From Saccostrea echinata (Eukaryota), in assembly GCF_033153115.1 (NCBI RefSeq), contig NW_026889769.1:4650001-4714000 (forward strand): a stretch of 64,000 bases of DNA, in the 5' to 3' direction. The translations under genes were made by a program, and so were the position numbers. The notes under the pieces are model-generated. The model did not search any database, had not been told where the DNA came from, and was given only the letters and a program-made list of their open reading frames with translations. The number at the start of each line of letters is the position of its first letter. Within the stretch, counting starts at the first letter, position 1. This document shows positions 46,508-59,324 of this stretch, in pieces.

Positions 46508-48715
46508 TGACCATATGATTTTAAATTCAGTAAGTAATAATGATTCACATTTTAAATCCTTTGTTGGTTTCACCATTTAAACAATCTTGACATTCTGCTT
46601 CATTTAAAGTGCAGCTATCTTAAATCTTTAATTTTATTCATTTATTCAAAAGTTAGCTACATCTTAAAGATACAGCAGAAGAAAACCTTAATTACAATTT
46701 ATTAGTGTGTATTTTAGTTCAGCTTATTTTGCTGATTAACATATCAGTCCAAAGAATAACCACAATTTTTACTTTCTTACAAATACTTATGACAAGGAAA
46801 ATATTTTACTCACGAATAATAATAAATTGGACTTTTTATTTTTTCTCCTTTTACGTCCTCAAAATTAAGTAATTTCGTGTACATGAGTTGTTGTTGAATA
46901 TAAAATTAATTAAATATTTTAGGAGTCGTATCATGGCATTACAATTAAAAAGATTGTACGTTTGAATCAATATGTTTGAAATACGAGTGAATTTAAAGGT
47001 GTTTTGTGTGAAAATATCTATTCTTGTAAGACGGGTTGTATGAAAGTACGTATGGAAGGAAATTTTATAATTTGTTATTGTTAATGGTGTTATAGATATG
47101 ATATTATGTATTAGGGACTAACAACTTACAATTTGTATATAGCCATTTTCTATTTTAAAACAATAAATTTTAAAAACAAAATTTCTGTGTGCATGTTGAC
47201 ATAGTGTAAATACAAAATGGCGACGATCTTAAGGTTCGTCTCTAGCGGCGACGGTGCAGAATTTGACGGAAATGGCCTCTTCACTCGAATATTTTATAAG
47301 GAAATGATAGTCATTTATTCCAGTGAGAGTTGTCCCCCTTATCAGAGGGACGATGAACCTTGAGCTAATTATCCAGTTACCGTGAAAGTTCTTGTCGTGG
47401 ATGATGCAGGATAACCCCGTGCTAACGGGCAACTCCTCGGCTTTTAAATTTCAAAACAACATTTCTCCCTTGGTCCCTTTGGGGGGAAAAAAACCATAGA
47501 ATTCTCAAAGTAGCCTTTGTAATTTTCTGATGCAACTTTGTCATATGACTGGTAAAAATCTTTTTAACTCGGTAAACTTAACGGAGCAGACCCAATTGAT
47601 GTTTTGAAGTAGAAAAAGGAGAAATGTGTCTTTCCCTTCTGACCTTTGCGTTGATTGACCTCGCTAAAGGAGACAACTTTTACAAGCGTACATTGGATAA
47701 TACAGCCACCCTCATAGATCCTATTAATATGTGAAAATGCACATGAGCATGATTTTAGTACCTTATATATTATCAATACACTCGATAATCATCTATGGGG
47801 TGGATTCCAGTGTCTATCTTTCGATATTCTTATTTCTTATTTTAACTTCTTATTTTTCCATATTTTAAAAACATTTTTATTTAAATAGGCCCATAGGAAG
47901 CAATTTCGGTTTGGGGGGGCACATCCATAAATTTTCAGTTGAGAGGGCACTATCAACTACCACAAATTCCTTGATAAGCAAAAAAAAAAAAAAAAAAAAA
48001 AAAAAAGGTCATCAGACGTTTTTATTGAGGGGGAACAAGTATATAGTAGCTATGTTTTCTATATATAGTAATCTATATGTCGGCAAAATTATTATATTAG
48101 TTCTAACTTCTTGTTTTCCTAATTCTAAATTAATATTCTGATTTTAGGTATATCTTCTTTAAATTCTCCAATTTTATTATTATTTCTTAATTTTATTTTA
48201 TTTTGACACTTTTACAAACTTTCTTATTTTGATTCTAACTTAAAATTCTGATTCAGTATACACTGTACCTTTTTTTATTTTCATTACTAGAAAATAAATG
48301 TTAAAATACGAAATTTGGAATTATAATAATGATTATAGTTTTAATATCTTTTCTTAGTACACCTCATATTTCCCACTAATTAGCCATAAACGGTATAATA
48401 AAAATACACAGACACAAAACATTGATCATCGAAAGGGTGTCAGGTGACCTTAGGAGTAAAATTCTAAAATATCTTTAGTCTGAATGATTATCATTTGCTA
48501 AAATATATTGATTAGTTATAGAACATTTGTAATTGTTCAAATGATAACTTCCTATCTTATTGTAAATTAGTGTTTTGTTTAGGCAAATTATTTACTAGGC
48601 ACCTATATCATATAAATAGGATTATACGTGAACCGATGCTGCACTGCGATACCTTACATTCTTATCAGTGTTTTTTACATTATTTTTAAACCCAGCTATG
48701 TCTTCAAGTTACACC

Positions 48716-49032
48716 CAGGCACGTAGAACGCAGGTGGGGGGGGGGGGGGGCTGTTTTTCTGAGTATAATATTTTGCTATAGTAAATTTGCCTTTGATGCT
48801 GGTCCCCCCCCCCCCTTTCACTTTTTGACGTTGTAAGGTTGAGTACTGGCAATTTGTAGGATTTGTACAGTAAATTACCTTTTATTTTTGGCTTTTCAGA
48901 TAATTTTGGGAAGTTGCCCCCCCCCCCCCACTTTTGGTCAATTTTTTTTTTGAGGGGGGGGGAGCTTGTCAGATTTCTTTGGGAAGTTGCCCCCCCTCCC
49001 CACACACTTTTGAAACCGTTTCTACGGGTCTG
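48716..49032. mobile_element. Poly-G/C-rich MITE
   Basis: TIR CAGGCACGTAGAA / TTCTACGGGTCTG with flanking 5-bp direct repeat ACACC. Confidence 0.6.
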
Positions 49033-49128
49033 ACACCAGAGAAAACACAATGGTACAAAAATTGATACTTTATTGGCGGTACCCCTACTACAGCTGTACA
49101 AGTAACCTAGCTAATGTATATCAGGACA

Positions 49129-51143
49129 GCCTTCAAGATCTTAGCGGCCAACATTACTTTACTGATTAAACGGAACGCTAACATAGCCGCTAGGTGACAA
49201 ATTTTAAGAGCCATTCTCTGTAATGACTTGAACTTTTATAAAGGAGCTGTGGCACGCATAGTCATAGAATTTCTCCAAAATCTCTATGATAAAAATCTTT
49301 GATACTGTAAACTAAAATCAGGCAAAAATTGGTTGCTACGTGTCATGGTTACCATAGCAACATATCCTAAAGTTAGAAAAATGGCATTTTTCAACATGTT
49401 CAGAGTCCCACAGTTAACGTTTGCGGCAAAGCAAACAAGTGGCAATGACTGTTTCCGAAAGTTGAAGGCCTGGTGTCTTGAATGCGTGATAAACATCTTC
49501 GGTAAATCAACTATAGCATACGTTACTATGGAAACAATGTATTCAAAAGTAATAATTTTGTTCATTTAATTTTATAAAGTCATACACTTAAGAATAAAAA
49601 CAATTTTAGGTTGAAATGAAAGCAAATAATAGACAAGAGATCCTTGTAACATATACCAAGGACAAAATATGATATTTCTTATAGGTTGGCAATGGTTGCC
49701 ATGGTTTTAATACCACGAAGGGATTTTAAATTTACTATCTTAGTGTTTTAATCTTATCCTATCTTTTTAAAAAGCATATTTCTATATAACTGATGATCAA
49801 TTGTTAAAGGCGTTGGTGTGACCCTAATTTTCACATTTCAAAAAATTCAATTTCAATTCTTTAAATAGTGCGTTGCTATGGAAATAAGGCGAAAAAAACA
49901 TGCATAAAAATCTGAAAAATACTCTGTTTCCTTGGATACGTACCCTTTTAAGTAGATTCCCAAAACTTTAATTATTGATATATGTCAACAACTAACCTGA
50001 CTTTCAATTTTGATACCACCCAATCTCTAACTGGATGCAAAAAGCTGGCACATAGGGTCTAATATTGACATAAATTAACAAAATCGAACATTCTCTCTTC
50101 TTGGTAACCATAGCAACAGTGTTGTATTTTTCAACAACCTTTATCAATATAATATATTCAACTTTAGTTCTACGAGATAAGTACTATTCAAGGTGATTCA
50201 AATAATACGTTTCTTGATTAAAAGGTTAGTAAATTCCTAAAGCAGCAAAAAAATATCACTTTAAACAACTAGTACGTTGTTTCCATGATTGCACTGCAAA
50301 GTAACAATTAATCTCAATTTTTCTTATGTTATAGGTGTTGCAAGGTCCTAAGGATGTATATGTGCCAGTCATGAACTTTATTGTTTTTCCTCAAGATAGT
50401 AGCATTAACCCAATCATAGCAACATATTTTGCATGGTGACACTGTGTTACCATGGCAACCATGAAAGTTATTTTTAGAATAATATTGCCAATACCTAATT
50501 ACATAAGGTCAAATATTTTTCATTGTTTTCCTTAGGTTGTTGATTGAGTTTGATCATGTAACATCTATCATTTGTGAATATTGAGCGTTTTTCAGCATCT
50601 AAAATGTATTCAAAATGTACCCATGGTTACCACTTACTTAGAGATAAATTCTAAATAGTTTCTTTATAGCATAAGTGGCAACAAGGTGTCATGTTTTTGG
50701 GAGAATGGTTTGTTTGTTCTTCTTAGTCTTTATCAAGGCTTAATAAAGATTTAAAGTAGCTGAAAATCTCTATTTTTACAACTTTTATGGCTGTTACCAT
50801 GGCAACCAAGACACATAGCAACGAAATTTTAATTGATATATGTTTCTGGTGTCAGGTTGTAATAATGCGCAAAGTTTCATCAAAATCGGTGACCATGCGT
50901 GGCAAAGAAGTTTAAGTGGTTACAGAGAATCGCTATTAAATTCAAGATATCTCAGTTTTAATTCATTTTTGAAGCAAAGTGATCAAATTCAAGAGCAAAT
51001 GTGCGTTAAAAGAAAATGCAATAGGTACTCGTCTTTGATTTGTTACCAAGCGTCAAATATTTCATGTAGCAGCTAGACTTCCATATCATTCAAGATTATA
51101 GCCCTTTGTTTAGCCAAGTAGCCGCTATGATCTTGAAAAGGGC
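49129..51143. mobile_element. About 2-kb non-autonomous DNA transposon rich in GTTNCCATGGNAAC palindromes
   Basis: TIR GCCTTCAAGATCTTAGCGGC / GCCGCTATGATCTTGAAAAGGGC; several X-box-like motifs; no coding capacity. Confidence 0.65.
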
Positions 51144-51384
51144 AACCCATTTCCAAAGGAATAAACTATGAAAATACACCAAAAAAAATATAGTGAACTT
51201 TAAACCACGTTAAAATATTAAGATGTATTTTTAATAAAATGCTCATTTAAAATGTTCATAATATTATTACAAAGTTAATATAACAATTCACAGAGTCACT
51301 GATCAGAGTTGCTCTATTTCGGTATCTCGAGGGTTAGGACAGTCCGATACAGTCCCTTTGCTGGAGGGCAGACACACCTCCAGT

Positions 51385-53268
51385 TCATAGGTTTCCTCTC
51401 AGCTGTGGTTCAAAGAACATCCGGAAATTCTGATAAACTCTTCCAGCAAGCTGGGCCACATTTTCATTGCGAATCTCTGCAATCTTCTGATAAACTTTCC
51501 CGATAAGTTGTGGACTCATCGGAAATTCAACTCCACACTGTCGGTTGGGACTATTTGATTCCACTAACAATCGGTCACCTGGAATCTCCTGTACCCCTGC
51601 TATCTGTACAGCTGACATTTCTGTGACGTGTCCACTCACCCCGAAGAATACAGGTCGGCCAGACTTCGTCCAAATTCTCACCTGCTCCGGTCCTCCGGTA
51701 AAGTTATGCAAGTATACTGGCACCAGGGTCGGTACAAATAATCCATCCAGAAGCGTAAGACAATCTTGAGTGGGTACAAGACCCAAAGGGTCATCTGGCG
51801 AGCCCTTCAACAATAACACCATTCCTGCGTTAAAATCAGCTCTGCGGAAGAATTCCGCCAACACGAACCTCTGCTGACATTGGCTCGTGACTTCTGAGTA
51901 ATCCAACCCTATGTCTCCAACCACCCAGTTCTTATCCCGGCAGGTCGCAACCACATTTGCTACATCCCTGGGGAGTGCAAAGTCTACCTCTCCTGGGCGT
52001 ATCCCCTTTGCTACTACCCAGTAATTACTGATATCTGGTAATGGCTCTTCGTGGAAACCATAACCTACACAGCCGCCAATAATACCTACCGGTTCTTCAA
52101 TTGGGCATTTATCGTCGCTCAAAAACTTGTTAACATCCCTTCCCCAGATACTTGGCATCCTTCCAGGATGCCACAGGCAATCAACTACCTGCAACAATGG
52201 TAAACCAGTGTCCCTCGACCAAGAATGGAGATCACTTCTGCTAACACACTTTACATTAGACACTGGTAAACTTGGCAGAGTAGACGCATTAAAGACAGGT
52301 TTCTTCAAGGCAGGTTCCAGTTCTTTCAGGGAATTTGGCATACTGTCTTGAACCACCAGCACCTGAGAGTTAGGCCATTCTCCAACAATGTGCTCTGGCA
52401 ACTCAGACTCCCAACACTCTCTGAAGTTAGATTGAGATTGATCCAACTCATACCAGTCTCCCATAAATTTAGCCCCATTAATCAGGATTGCCATGACCAG
52501 TGGATGGGCTAGCATAGCCACATGCGGTGACCATCCCATTCTTACTTGTCTTAGCTGAGTCTCCAATGGAGGATTCACCCCTAAGTGCATCGAGAGGCGA
52601 TACATGACCTCTCGGATCTGGACTGAAAAACTCCATTCCACTTTCCCCATTCTCTGCTCTACCCAAAGGCGGAGTTGCTCTAAAGTGGCATCTTGGTTAA
52701 CACTTTGTGGTGTCAACCACAAAGTTTCGGCCAACTCCATTAAAAAATTCAGAAAAACTGGGATATCATCTATCCCTTTGGCATGAAATTCCCATATGTG
52801 AGTAAACATGGGAGTGGCACCTGAAAACTTGGCACTGCAGGTTCGAACGGCACACTTGGAGTATCCTTGAGATTGGTTCACAACCAACTGGTTCCTATCC
52901 AACATACAGTCTTCTGCTCCTACTGGAACAAGGTGCATCCTGTCATTGGCTGAGAGGTCCCTGCTATTAATACCACTTGGTTTTGGTGTACTGGAATTCA
53001 TCAGTCCTGAGTCCCTCGACTTGCTTCCTAATCCATATAACTCTTCATGACAGTGAAGTTCCTCTACCTTGCTCAGCAGACTCGACCTATCTCTCCCGAC
53101 AGAAGGTATTCTTTTATCTCCCGTTATATAGTTCAACAGTCCTCTTCCTTGCCCCTGTACTCTGCCTCGATCTGCTTTGGGCAGCCTCTCCTCCACTACA
53201 GGCTTCTGGAGAATATCATCATTTTCTTCAAAGTCCTCGAGTTCAAAGATACGATTAGGGCTATCCAT
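51385..53268 (-). CDS. C2H2 zinc finger + degenerate TatD-fold protein, 627 aa, single coding exon
   Basis: Uninterrupted 1.9-kb ORF. Acceptor TTTTCCTGTGTTTTGTAG| lies 10 nt before gctATGg (53268). ZnF CAVRTC-SAKF-SGATPM-FT-H-IWEF-H. TatD-like motifs in correct order: VVDCLWH, GIRP, VGDIGLDYS, YLHNFTG, FGVSG, IPGDRLLVESNSP, N(F)RMFF. Confidence 0.8.
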   Translation of the reverse strand: MDSPNRIFELEDFEENDDILQKPVVEERLPKADRGRVQGQGRGLLNYITGDKRIPSVGRDRSSLLSKVEELHCHEELYGLGSKSRDSGLMNSSTPKPSGINSRDLSANDRMHLVPVGAEDCMLDRNQLVVNQSQGYSKCAVRTCSAKFSGATPMFTHIWEFHAKGIDDIPVFLNFLMELAETLWLTPQSVNQDATLEQLRLWVEQRMGKVEWSFSVQIREVMYRLSMHLGVNPPLETQLRQVRMGWSPHVAMLAHPLVMAILINGAKFMGDWYELDQSQSNFRECWESELPEHIVGEWPNSQVLVVQDSMPNSLKELEPALKKPVFNASTLPSLPVSNVKCVSRSDLHSWSRDTGLPLLQVVDCLWHPGRMPSIWGRDVNKFLSDDKCPIEEPVGIIGGCVGYGFHEEPLPDISNYWVVAKGIRPGEVDFALPRDVANVVATCRDKNWVVGDIGLDYSEVTSQCQQRFVLAEFFRRADFNAGMVLLLKGSPDDPLGLVPTQDCLTLLDGLFVPTLVPVYLHNFTGGPEQVRIWTKSGRPVFFGVSGHVTEMSAVQIAGVQEIPGDRLLVESNSPNRQCGVEFPMSPQLIGKVYQKIAEIRNENVAQLAGRVYQNFRMFFEPQLRGNL

Positions 53269-53847
53269 AGCTGTTGGCCTACAAAACACAGGAAAACATT
53301 AAATATATGCAAATAGAGACAATTCAAGTGCAAATTTTATTTCTTCATTTTAACAAAAATGAACTCTTTATCCAATATTTGCACATGCTCCCCATTGTTG
53401 CCCAAACCTACACAAGCTATCACTACATCCAACTTGACTGCACTGAGCACTCCAGGTAAATATATAGGGAAGTAGGGTATGGACTAACCACAGACCAGAG
53501 ATATTCCCACACACCCTGGGTAAAACCAGTTACTGAACCATTGGCCCCTTAAGATTTGTTCTACCACAGATGCAGTACTGTTTCAATCTAGCCCTCCTCT
53601 TCAGCACTGAGTTGCTTAGGAGTTTTGGTTAACCCTTTATCACTCGACATAACCCAGGATAGGGGCTAACTTGGTCATGTATTGAATTTCAATATTTAAA
53701 TTGTACCTTATTTTCTTTACTCCTGGGCCCTAGAATTTAGAATTGCTACAGGAATATGATAATGATTATACCCTTCAATGGGTCCTGATGAGAGGAAGTT
53801 GATAAATACCGAGGGCTGCTATGACAGGTTTGACAATATTTAGAAAT

Positions 53848-54160
53848 TATGGAATCTGGGAAGGGCCACATAGTTCACTATTGAACATGTAGGTGCTGTG
53901 GTGATGACATAACTGTGTGATGACACACAATGGTGCTATGAAGAGGGTGCGATAGCACAATAAAGGGATAGCAAGCATCATTTCAACACTCATGGTTTTA
54001 TTGCCTTCTTGTCCTTTAGTTCCATTGTGCTATTGCACAACTGCACCATCATGCTATCACTTCATCATGCTATTGCACCATCATAGCATCATATTGTGCA
54101 ATCAAACTAAACCATGATGGAGAACTGGTGAACTACATGGCTATATATTCGGATTCTATA
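53848..54160. mobile_element. Foldback MITE
   Basis: TIR TATGGAATCTGG..GGCCACATAGTTCAC / GTGAACTACATGGC..CGGATTCTATA. Confidence 0.65.
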
Positions 54161-55177
54161 AGGAATAACTCTGGAATCCTGATTGGGTCACAGAGCTACT
54201 ATTGCTCTATCGAGATTTGGGTTGATTCAATGGAGAGATGACAATATGGCACTAGACGACTGCAATGGCACTATGGAGCATTTACTAGCTCCAGTGATTC
54301 ATTTTGAAAATGGTTATCATGGGTCCAAAGGACCCCTCTTAATGACAACAATGAGTCCCATGCCAAAATCAATATGCCCAAATCCGAAGGTACCGCATAT
54401 TAGCTACTACAGAGGAAATTCTGGTGAAATATAAAAGGGTATTGACTACTGCACGAAAGTGCAAATGTTTTATTGTAGCTGTGAATGGTCTATACTTTTA
54501 CTATTGAATTGGAAGTAAGAATACATGATTTTGTGGCATAAAAATAATATATTGTCAACTGTGCACTTTGTTTCTATTTTTAGATCGTAAATACGATCTT
54601 GTCATAAAAAGCACAGATTCTATTAAATGAAGTAAAGTAAGTTTAAGTTTTTTTAAAAAATGAAATATAGTCAGAAAGAAAAATTATCAAAATTTATACG
54701 TCTTAGCTTCTAAACATGCTAAAGAAAAAAATTATAATACACAATATACAGCTTAACGAAGCCAAGTCTAATTATTTCTACCCTAGAGATTTTGATAGAT
54801 TTTCTTGCATGAATTTTTACTATTATAATTATTTTAGGATAAAATAATGGAATGTTTACCATCCCGATTTCTTAGGGGGGGGGGGGATCTCAAAAGTTGT
54901 CAAATTTACTATTGACCCTATAGGTATTTGTTGGAAAAGCGCCAAATTATCACATTTTCCCCATGTTTTTCTGCTCTAGGGATTTCCTTTTCAATCAAAT
55001 ACATGAAAGTTATTAGAAAAAGTCATCAAACTGTGATATTTCAAAAAAGTTGACCATCTGGGTTGGTTTAGGAGTTATTACAAAGTTTTTCCCAAATACC
55101 CAATACCTCTAAATTTGCCATATTGCGGTATACTTTTTGTATATATCACATGTATCAGAGCAAATGAATTATTGTGG

Positions 55178-55180
<3 letters not shown>

Positions 55181-55215
<35 letters not shown>

Positions 55216-58075
55216 CACATTGGCAAGGCAAAAGCACAAATCAGTTCAGTACTGAAAAGATTACGGGGGGGGGGGGGGCTTGAATTTTAAACTACCTGAT
55301 GATGCTTCTATGTCAATATATAATTTGTTTAATTTGTTTTAACAAATGGCTTTGTTGTACTTGAGAAGATTTTTTCAAAAATTCCCATATATTCCTCTGT
55401 AAAAATTTTATCCCCCATTGTGGCTCCTCCCTATCCCAGGGGTCATCATTTGAACAAACTTGAATCTACACTACCTGAGGATGCTTCCATATCAATATGA
55501 CTAAACATAGCTTTTCTGTTCTTGAGAAGAAATTTTTTTCTATATGTTCCTATGTAAAACTTTCGATCCCCTTATTGGGCCCCACCCTACCCTCGGGGGT
55601 CATCATTTGAACAAAATTGAATTTACACTACCTGAGGATGCTTCCATATCAAAATGACTAAACATGATTTTCAGTTCTTGAGAAGAAGATATTTTCCTAT
55701 ATGTTCCTATGTAAAATTTTTGATCCCCCATTATGGCCCATCCCTATCCCCTGGGGTCATCATTTTAACAAACTTGAATCTACACTACCTGAGGATGCTT
55801 CCATATCAAAATGACTAATCATGGCTTTGCAGTTCTTCATCAGAACATATCTTCCTATATATTTCTATGTAAAACTTTGATCCTCCATTGTGGCCTCACC
55901 CTGCCCCCGGGGGGTCATGATTTGAACAAACTTGAATCTACACTACCTGAGGATGCTTTCTTATAAATATGACCAATTAGGGCTTTGCTGTTATTGAGAA
56001 GAAGATTTTTAAAGATTTTTCCTATATATTTCTATGTAAAACTTTGATCCTCCATTGTGGCCCCGCCCTTCCCCCGGGGGTCATGATTTGAACAAACTTG
56101 AATCTACACTACCTGAGGATGCTTCCATATAAATATGACTCATCATGGCTTTGCTGTTATTGAGAAGAAGATTTTTAAAGATTTTTCCTATATATTTCTA
56201 TGTAAAACTTTGATCCTCCATTGTGGCCCCGCCCTACCCCTGGGGGGTCATGATTTGAACAAACTTGAATCTACACTACCTGAGGATGCTTCCATGTAAA
56301 TATGACTCATCATGGCTTTGCTGTTCTTGAGAAGAAGATTTTTAAAGGTTTTTCCTATATATTTCTATGTAAAACTTTGATCCTCCACTGTGGCCCCGCC
56401 CTACCCCCATGGGTCATGATTTGAACAAACTTGAATTTACACTACCTGAGGATACTTCCACATAAATATGATCAATCAGGGCTTTGCTGTTCCTGAGAAA
56501 AAGATTTTTAAAGATTTTTCCTATATATTTCTATGTAAAACTTTGATCCTCCATTGTGGCCCCGCCCTACCCCTGGGGGGTCATGATTTGAACAAACTTG
56601 AATCTACACTACCTGAGGATGCTTTCATATAAATATGACCAATTAGGGCTTTGCCGTTATTGAGAAGAAGATTTTTCCTATACATTTCTATTAGGGATGT
56701 CAACGAATAATCGACTATTCGACTATCAGTCGAATGGACCGACGATCGAATAACGAAACGACATTCGAATAAATAAATTCAATAAAAGAGTGATAAAGAG
56801 ATGGAATTCTCATCCTAAAATTGAGAAACTGTCTTTCCTCAGACACAGACGATAAGATAATTTTCCTCATTAAAAACTGCCTTTACATGTAGAGAGTACA
56901 GTAATTAGAAATGCTTCCCTTCCGCGAGAATTATTTGTCAATTGATATGTTGTTTTTGTAATAAAATTATCTCGCTTTACTGCGCTTTCTTTGTAAAATT
57001 ATTAATTGGACTTGATCTCATACCATGTACCCATTATAGCCGTGAAATGTTTGGACACTATGGTAATTATTATAAAATTAATATTCTTTTACATATTTTA
57101 AAGGCATTTGATGGTTGGTACAAAAAGTATATTCAAATGTTTAACATTATCACAGACACCGTGTGTGCCCCCTCGTTTTAATAAGCTTTTAAAAAAATAT
57201 ATCGTACTGTCATTTTTTATGCTTCCTAAAAAAAACGACTTTACAGACCGATTTATGAACATGATTGATGGGGAAATCATACATTTTGGTGAATTAGCGG
57301 TCTATATTTAGTAAATATAAACACGCTATCCACATTTTAGGTCCATGTGAAAATCTGTGTGTAACATTTGATGTAACTTTTTAATAAATTTAAGAAAAGG
57401 GGATTTGGGGTTAAATATGTCATGTACCATTGAAGTTTGAAATAAAAATTTAGTTTCCGAAAAAGTTTCGAATATATTCGACTATCGTTCGAATAATGCA
57501 ATGGAATATTCGACTAAAGAAAATAAATATTTTCACATCCCTAATTTCTATATAAAACTTTGATCATCCATTGTGGCCCCGCCCTACCCTCAGGGGTCAT
57601 GATTTTGACAAATTTGAATCTACACTACCTGAGGATGCTGCCATATAAATATGACCAATTAGGGCTTTGCTGTTATTGAGAAGAAGATTTTTTAAAGGTT
57701 TTTCCTATATATTTCTATGTAAAACTTTGATCCTCCATTGTGGCCCTGCCCTAACCCCTGGGGTCATCATTTTAACAAACTTGAATCTACACTACCTGAG
57801 GATACTTCCATATAAATATGACTCATCATGGCTTTGCTGTTCTTGAGAAGAAGATTTTTAAAGGTTTTTCCTATATATTTCTATGTAAAACTTTGATCCT
57901 CTACTGTGGCCCCGCCCTACCCCCGGGGGTCATGATTTGAACAAACTTGAATCTACACTACCTGAGGATGCTTCCACATGAGTTTCATCTGCCCTGGCTT
58001 TGTGGTTCTTGAGAAGAAGATTTTTAAAAGATGCTACTAATTTTTCACTAATTCTTCATTATCTCCCCTTGAAAG

Positions 58076-58125
<50 letters not shown>

Positions 58126-58128
58126 ACT

Positions 58129-58183
<55 letters not shown>

Positions 58184-58213
58184 GTGAAAAGTTTACAGAC
58201 GGACGGACGGACG

Positions 58214-58245
<32 letters not shown>

Positions 58246-58304
58246 GACTACAGACAAAATGTGATCAGAAAAGCTCACTTGAGCCTTCAGCTCAGGTGAG
58301 CTAA
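55181..58304 (+). mobile_element. Complete HINE carrying about 12 monomers of the about 166-bp oyster-type satellite
   Basis: AACAAGAGGCCCATGGGCCACATCGCTCACCTGAGC start, tandem monomers, (GACG/GACA)n, AAAGCTCACTTGAGCCTTCAGCTCAGGTGAGCTAA end palindrome. Confidence 0.9.
56692..57543. mobile_element. hAT-type MITE inserted in the satellite array
   Basis: TIR TAGGGATGT / ACATCCCTA, perfect 8-bp TSD ATTTCTAT (56684-56691 / 57544-57551), subterminal TTCGA motifs. Confidence 0.9.
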
Positions 58305-59324
58305 AAAACAATGTTAGATACATTGCTGGTATGTTTCTTTTGATGCAGTCAACAGTTCTTATTAAAATGTCCATAGACATTTTGAATACTCAAGCGAGTC
58401 ATGCGTTATTCTTCAGCGTCATGCATTGCTTACAGGACTGGAAAACAGTGATGTTGTGAAAGCCATTTCAGCGTTTGTTCCTAATTATTGTCTTAAAAGC
58501 ACATTGTATGACTCATAAACATTACAGATAATGTAATATAATGTTAATTTTGTATTAAAATTACAATACTTAGGAAAGCTGTTACGTTGCATCTACGACT
58601 GCATGAAACTAAAAAGCTGCGTAAAGTCATGCGTACTCAAATTAGACTAGGCCTCGTTAAATACAAAGGTATAGTATACGCTTAGAAATGTTCCACAGAA
58701 GACATAATCGAACTATGCTATCTAACTTTAAATTATTTTCTGATAATTGCTTGTTTATTGTAATTTAACAGTGAATTGTGAAATCTGACCTGTTGTTGGC
58801 AAACTGATACCTGGTAAAATCGCTCATGCATATCACTTAGCACGTGGATATGATGCAATTGGTCATTATATCGAAACAATTTAAAATAATAAATGTCCTT
58901 CTATGAATTTATTGCGTCCATTGGGATGCACATTTGTTGAAACAATGCGTCCTTAGCAAAATTTGTGCGCAATTTATGCAGGACGCAGATCAAAATGAAT
59001 CACTGTAGCTCTATGATGCAATGGTACGATGAAGATAACAAAATGACGCAATGATGAAGAAAAGGGTGATAAAATGACGATGAAGTGATGCTTGCTATTG
59101 CTTAATCATGTTATCACACCATTGTCATTGCGTCATCTTATCAACATCCTGGCACTATCACAAAATCATTGCATTATTGCAGCTTCAAAGTCAATGATAG
59201 TGCAGTAGTGAACTACTTGGTTAACAAGCTGTCAACTTATCAACAGAGAATACAATTTTATATAATCATTTCAAAGATTAAAAAAAAATTGAAAATCTTC
59301 TCTAGCATCACAATATGGTGAAGG

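Noticed and set aside
53286-53289. ORF-track start (GTG, MFCRPTA) for the 634-aa ORF
   Set aside because: It lies in the polypyrimidine tract of a splice acceptor; ATG 53268 is preferred, although an upstream coding exon cannot be excluded
53770-53815. CTGATGAG as a hammerhead ribozyme core
   Set aside because: No stem II followed by GAAA and no supporting helices
49129-53845. ZnF-TatD ORF as cargo of the adjacent TIR element
   Set aside because: The right TIR ends at about 51143, before the ORF stop at 51385, so the ORF lies outside that element
58000-58380. 99-aa and 88-aa ORFs (TDGRTDRQ..) and similar short ORFs in HINEs, SINEs and antisense to real genes
   Set aside because: Chance translations of microsatellite or repeat sequence, or shadows of genuine CDSs
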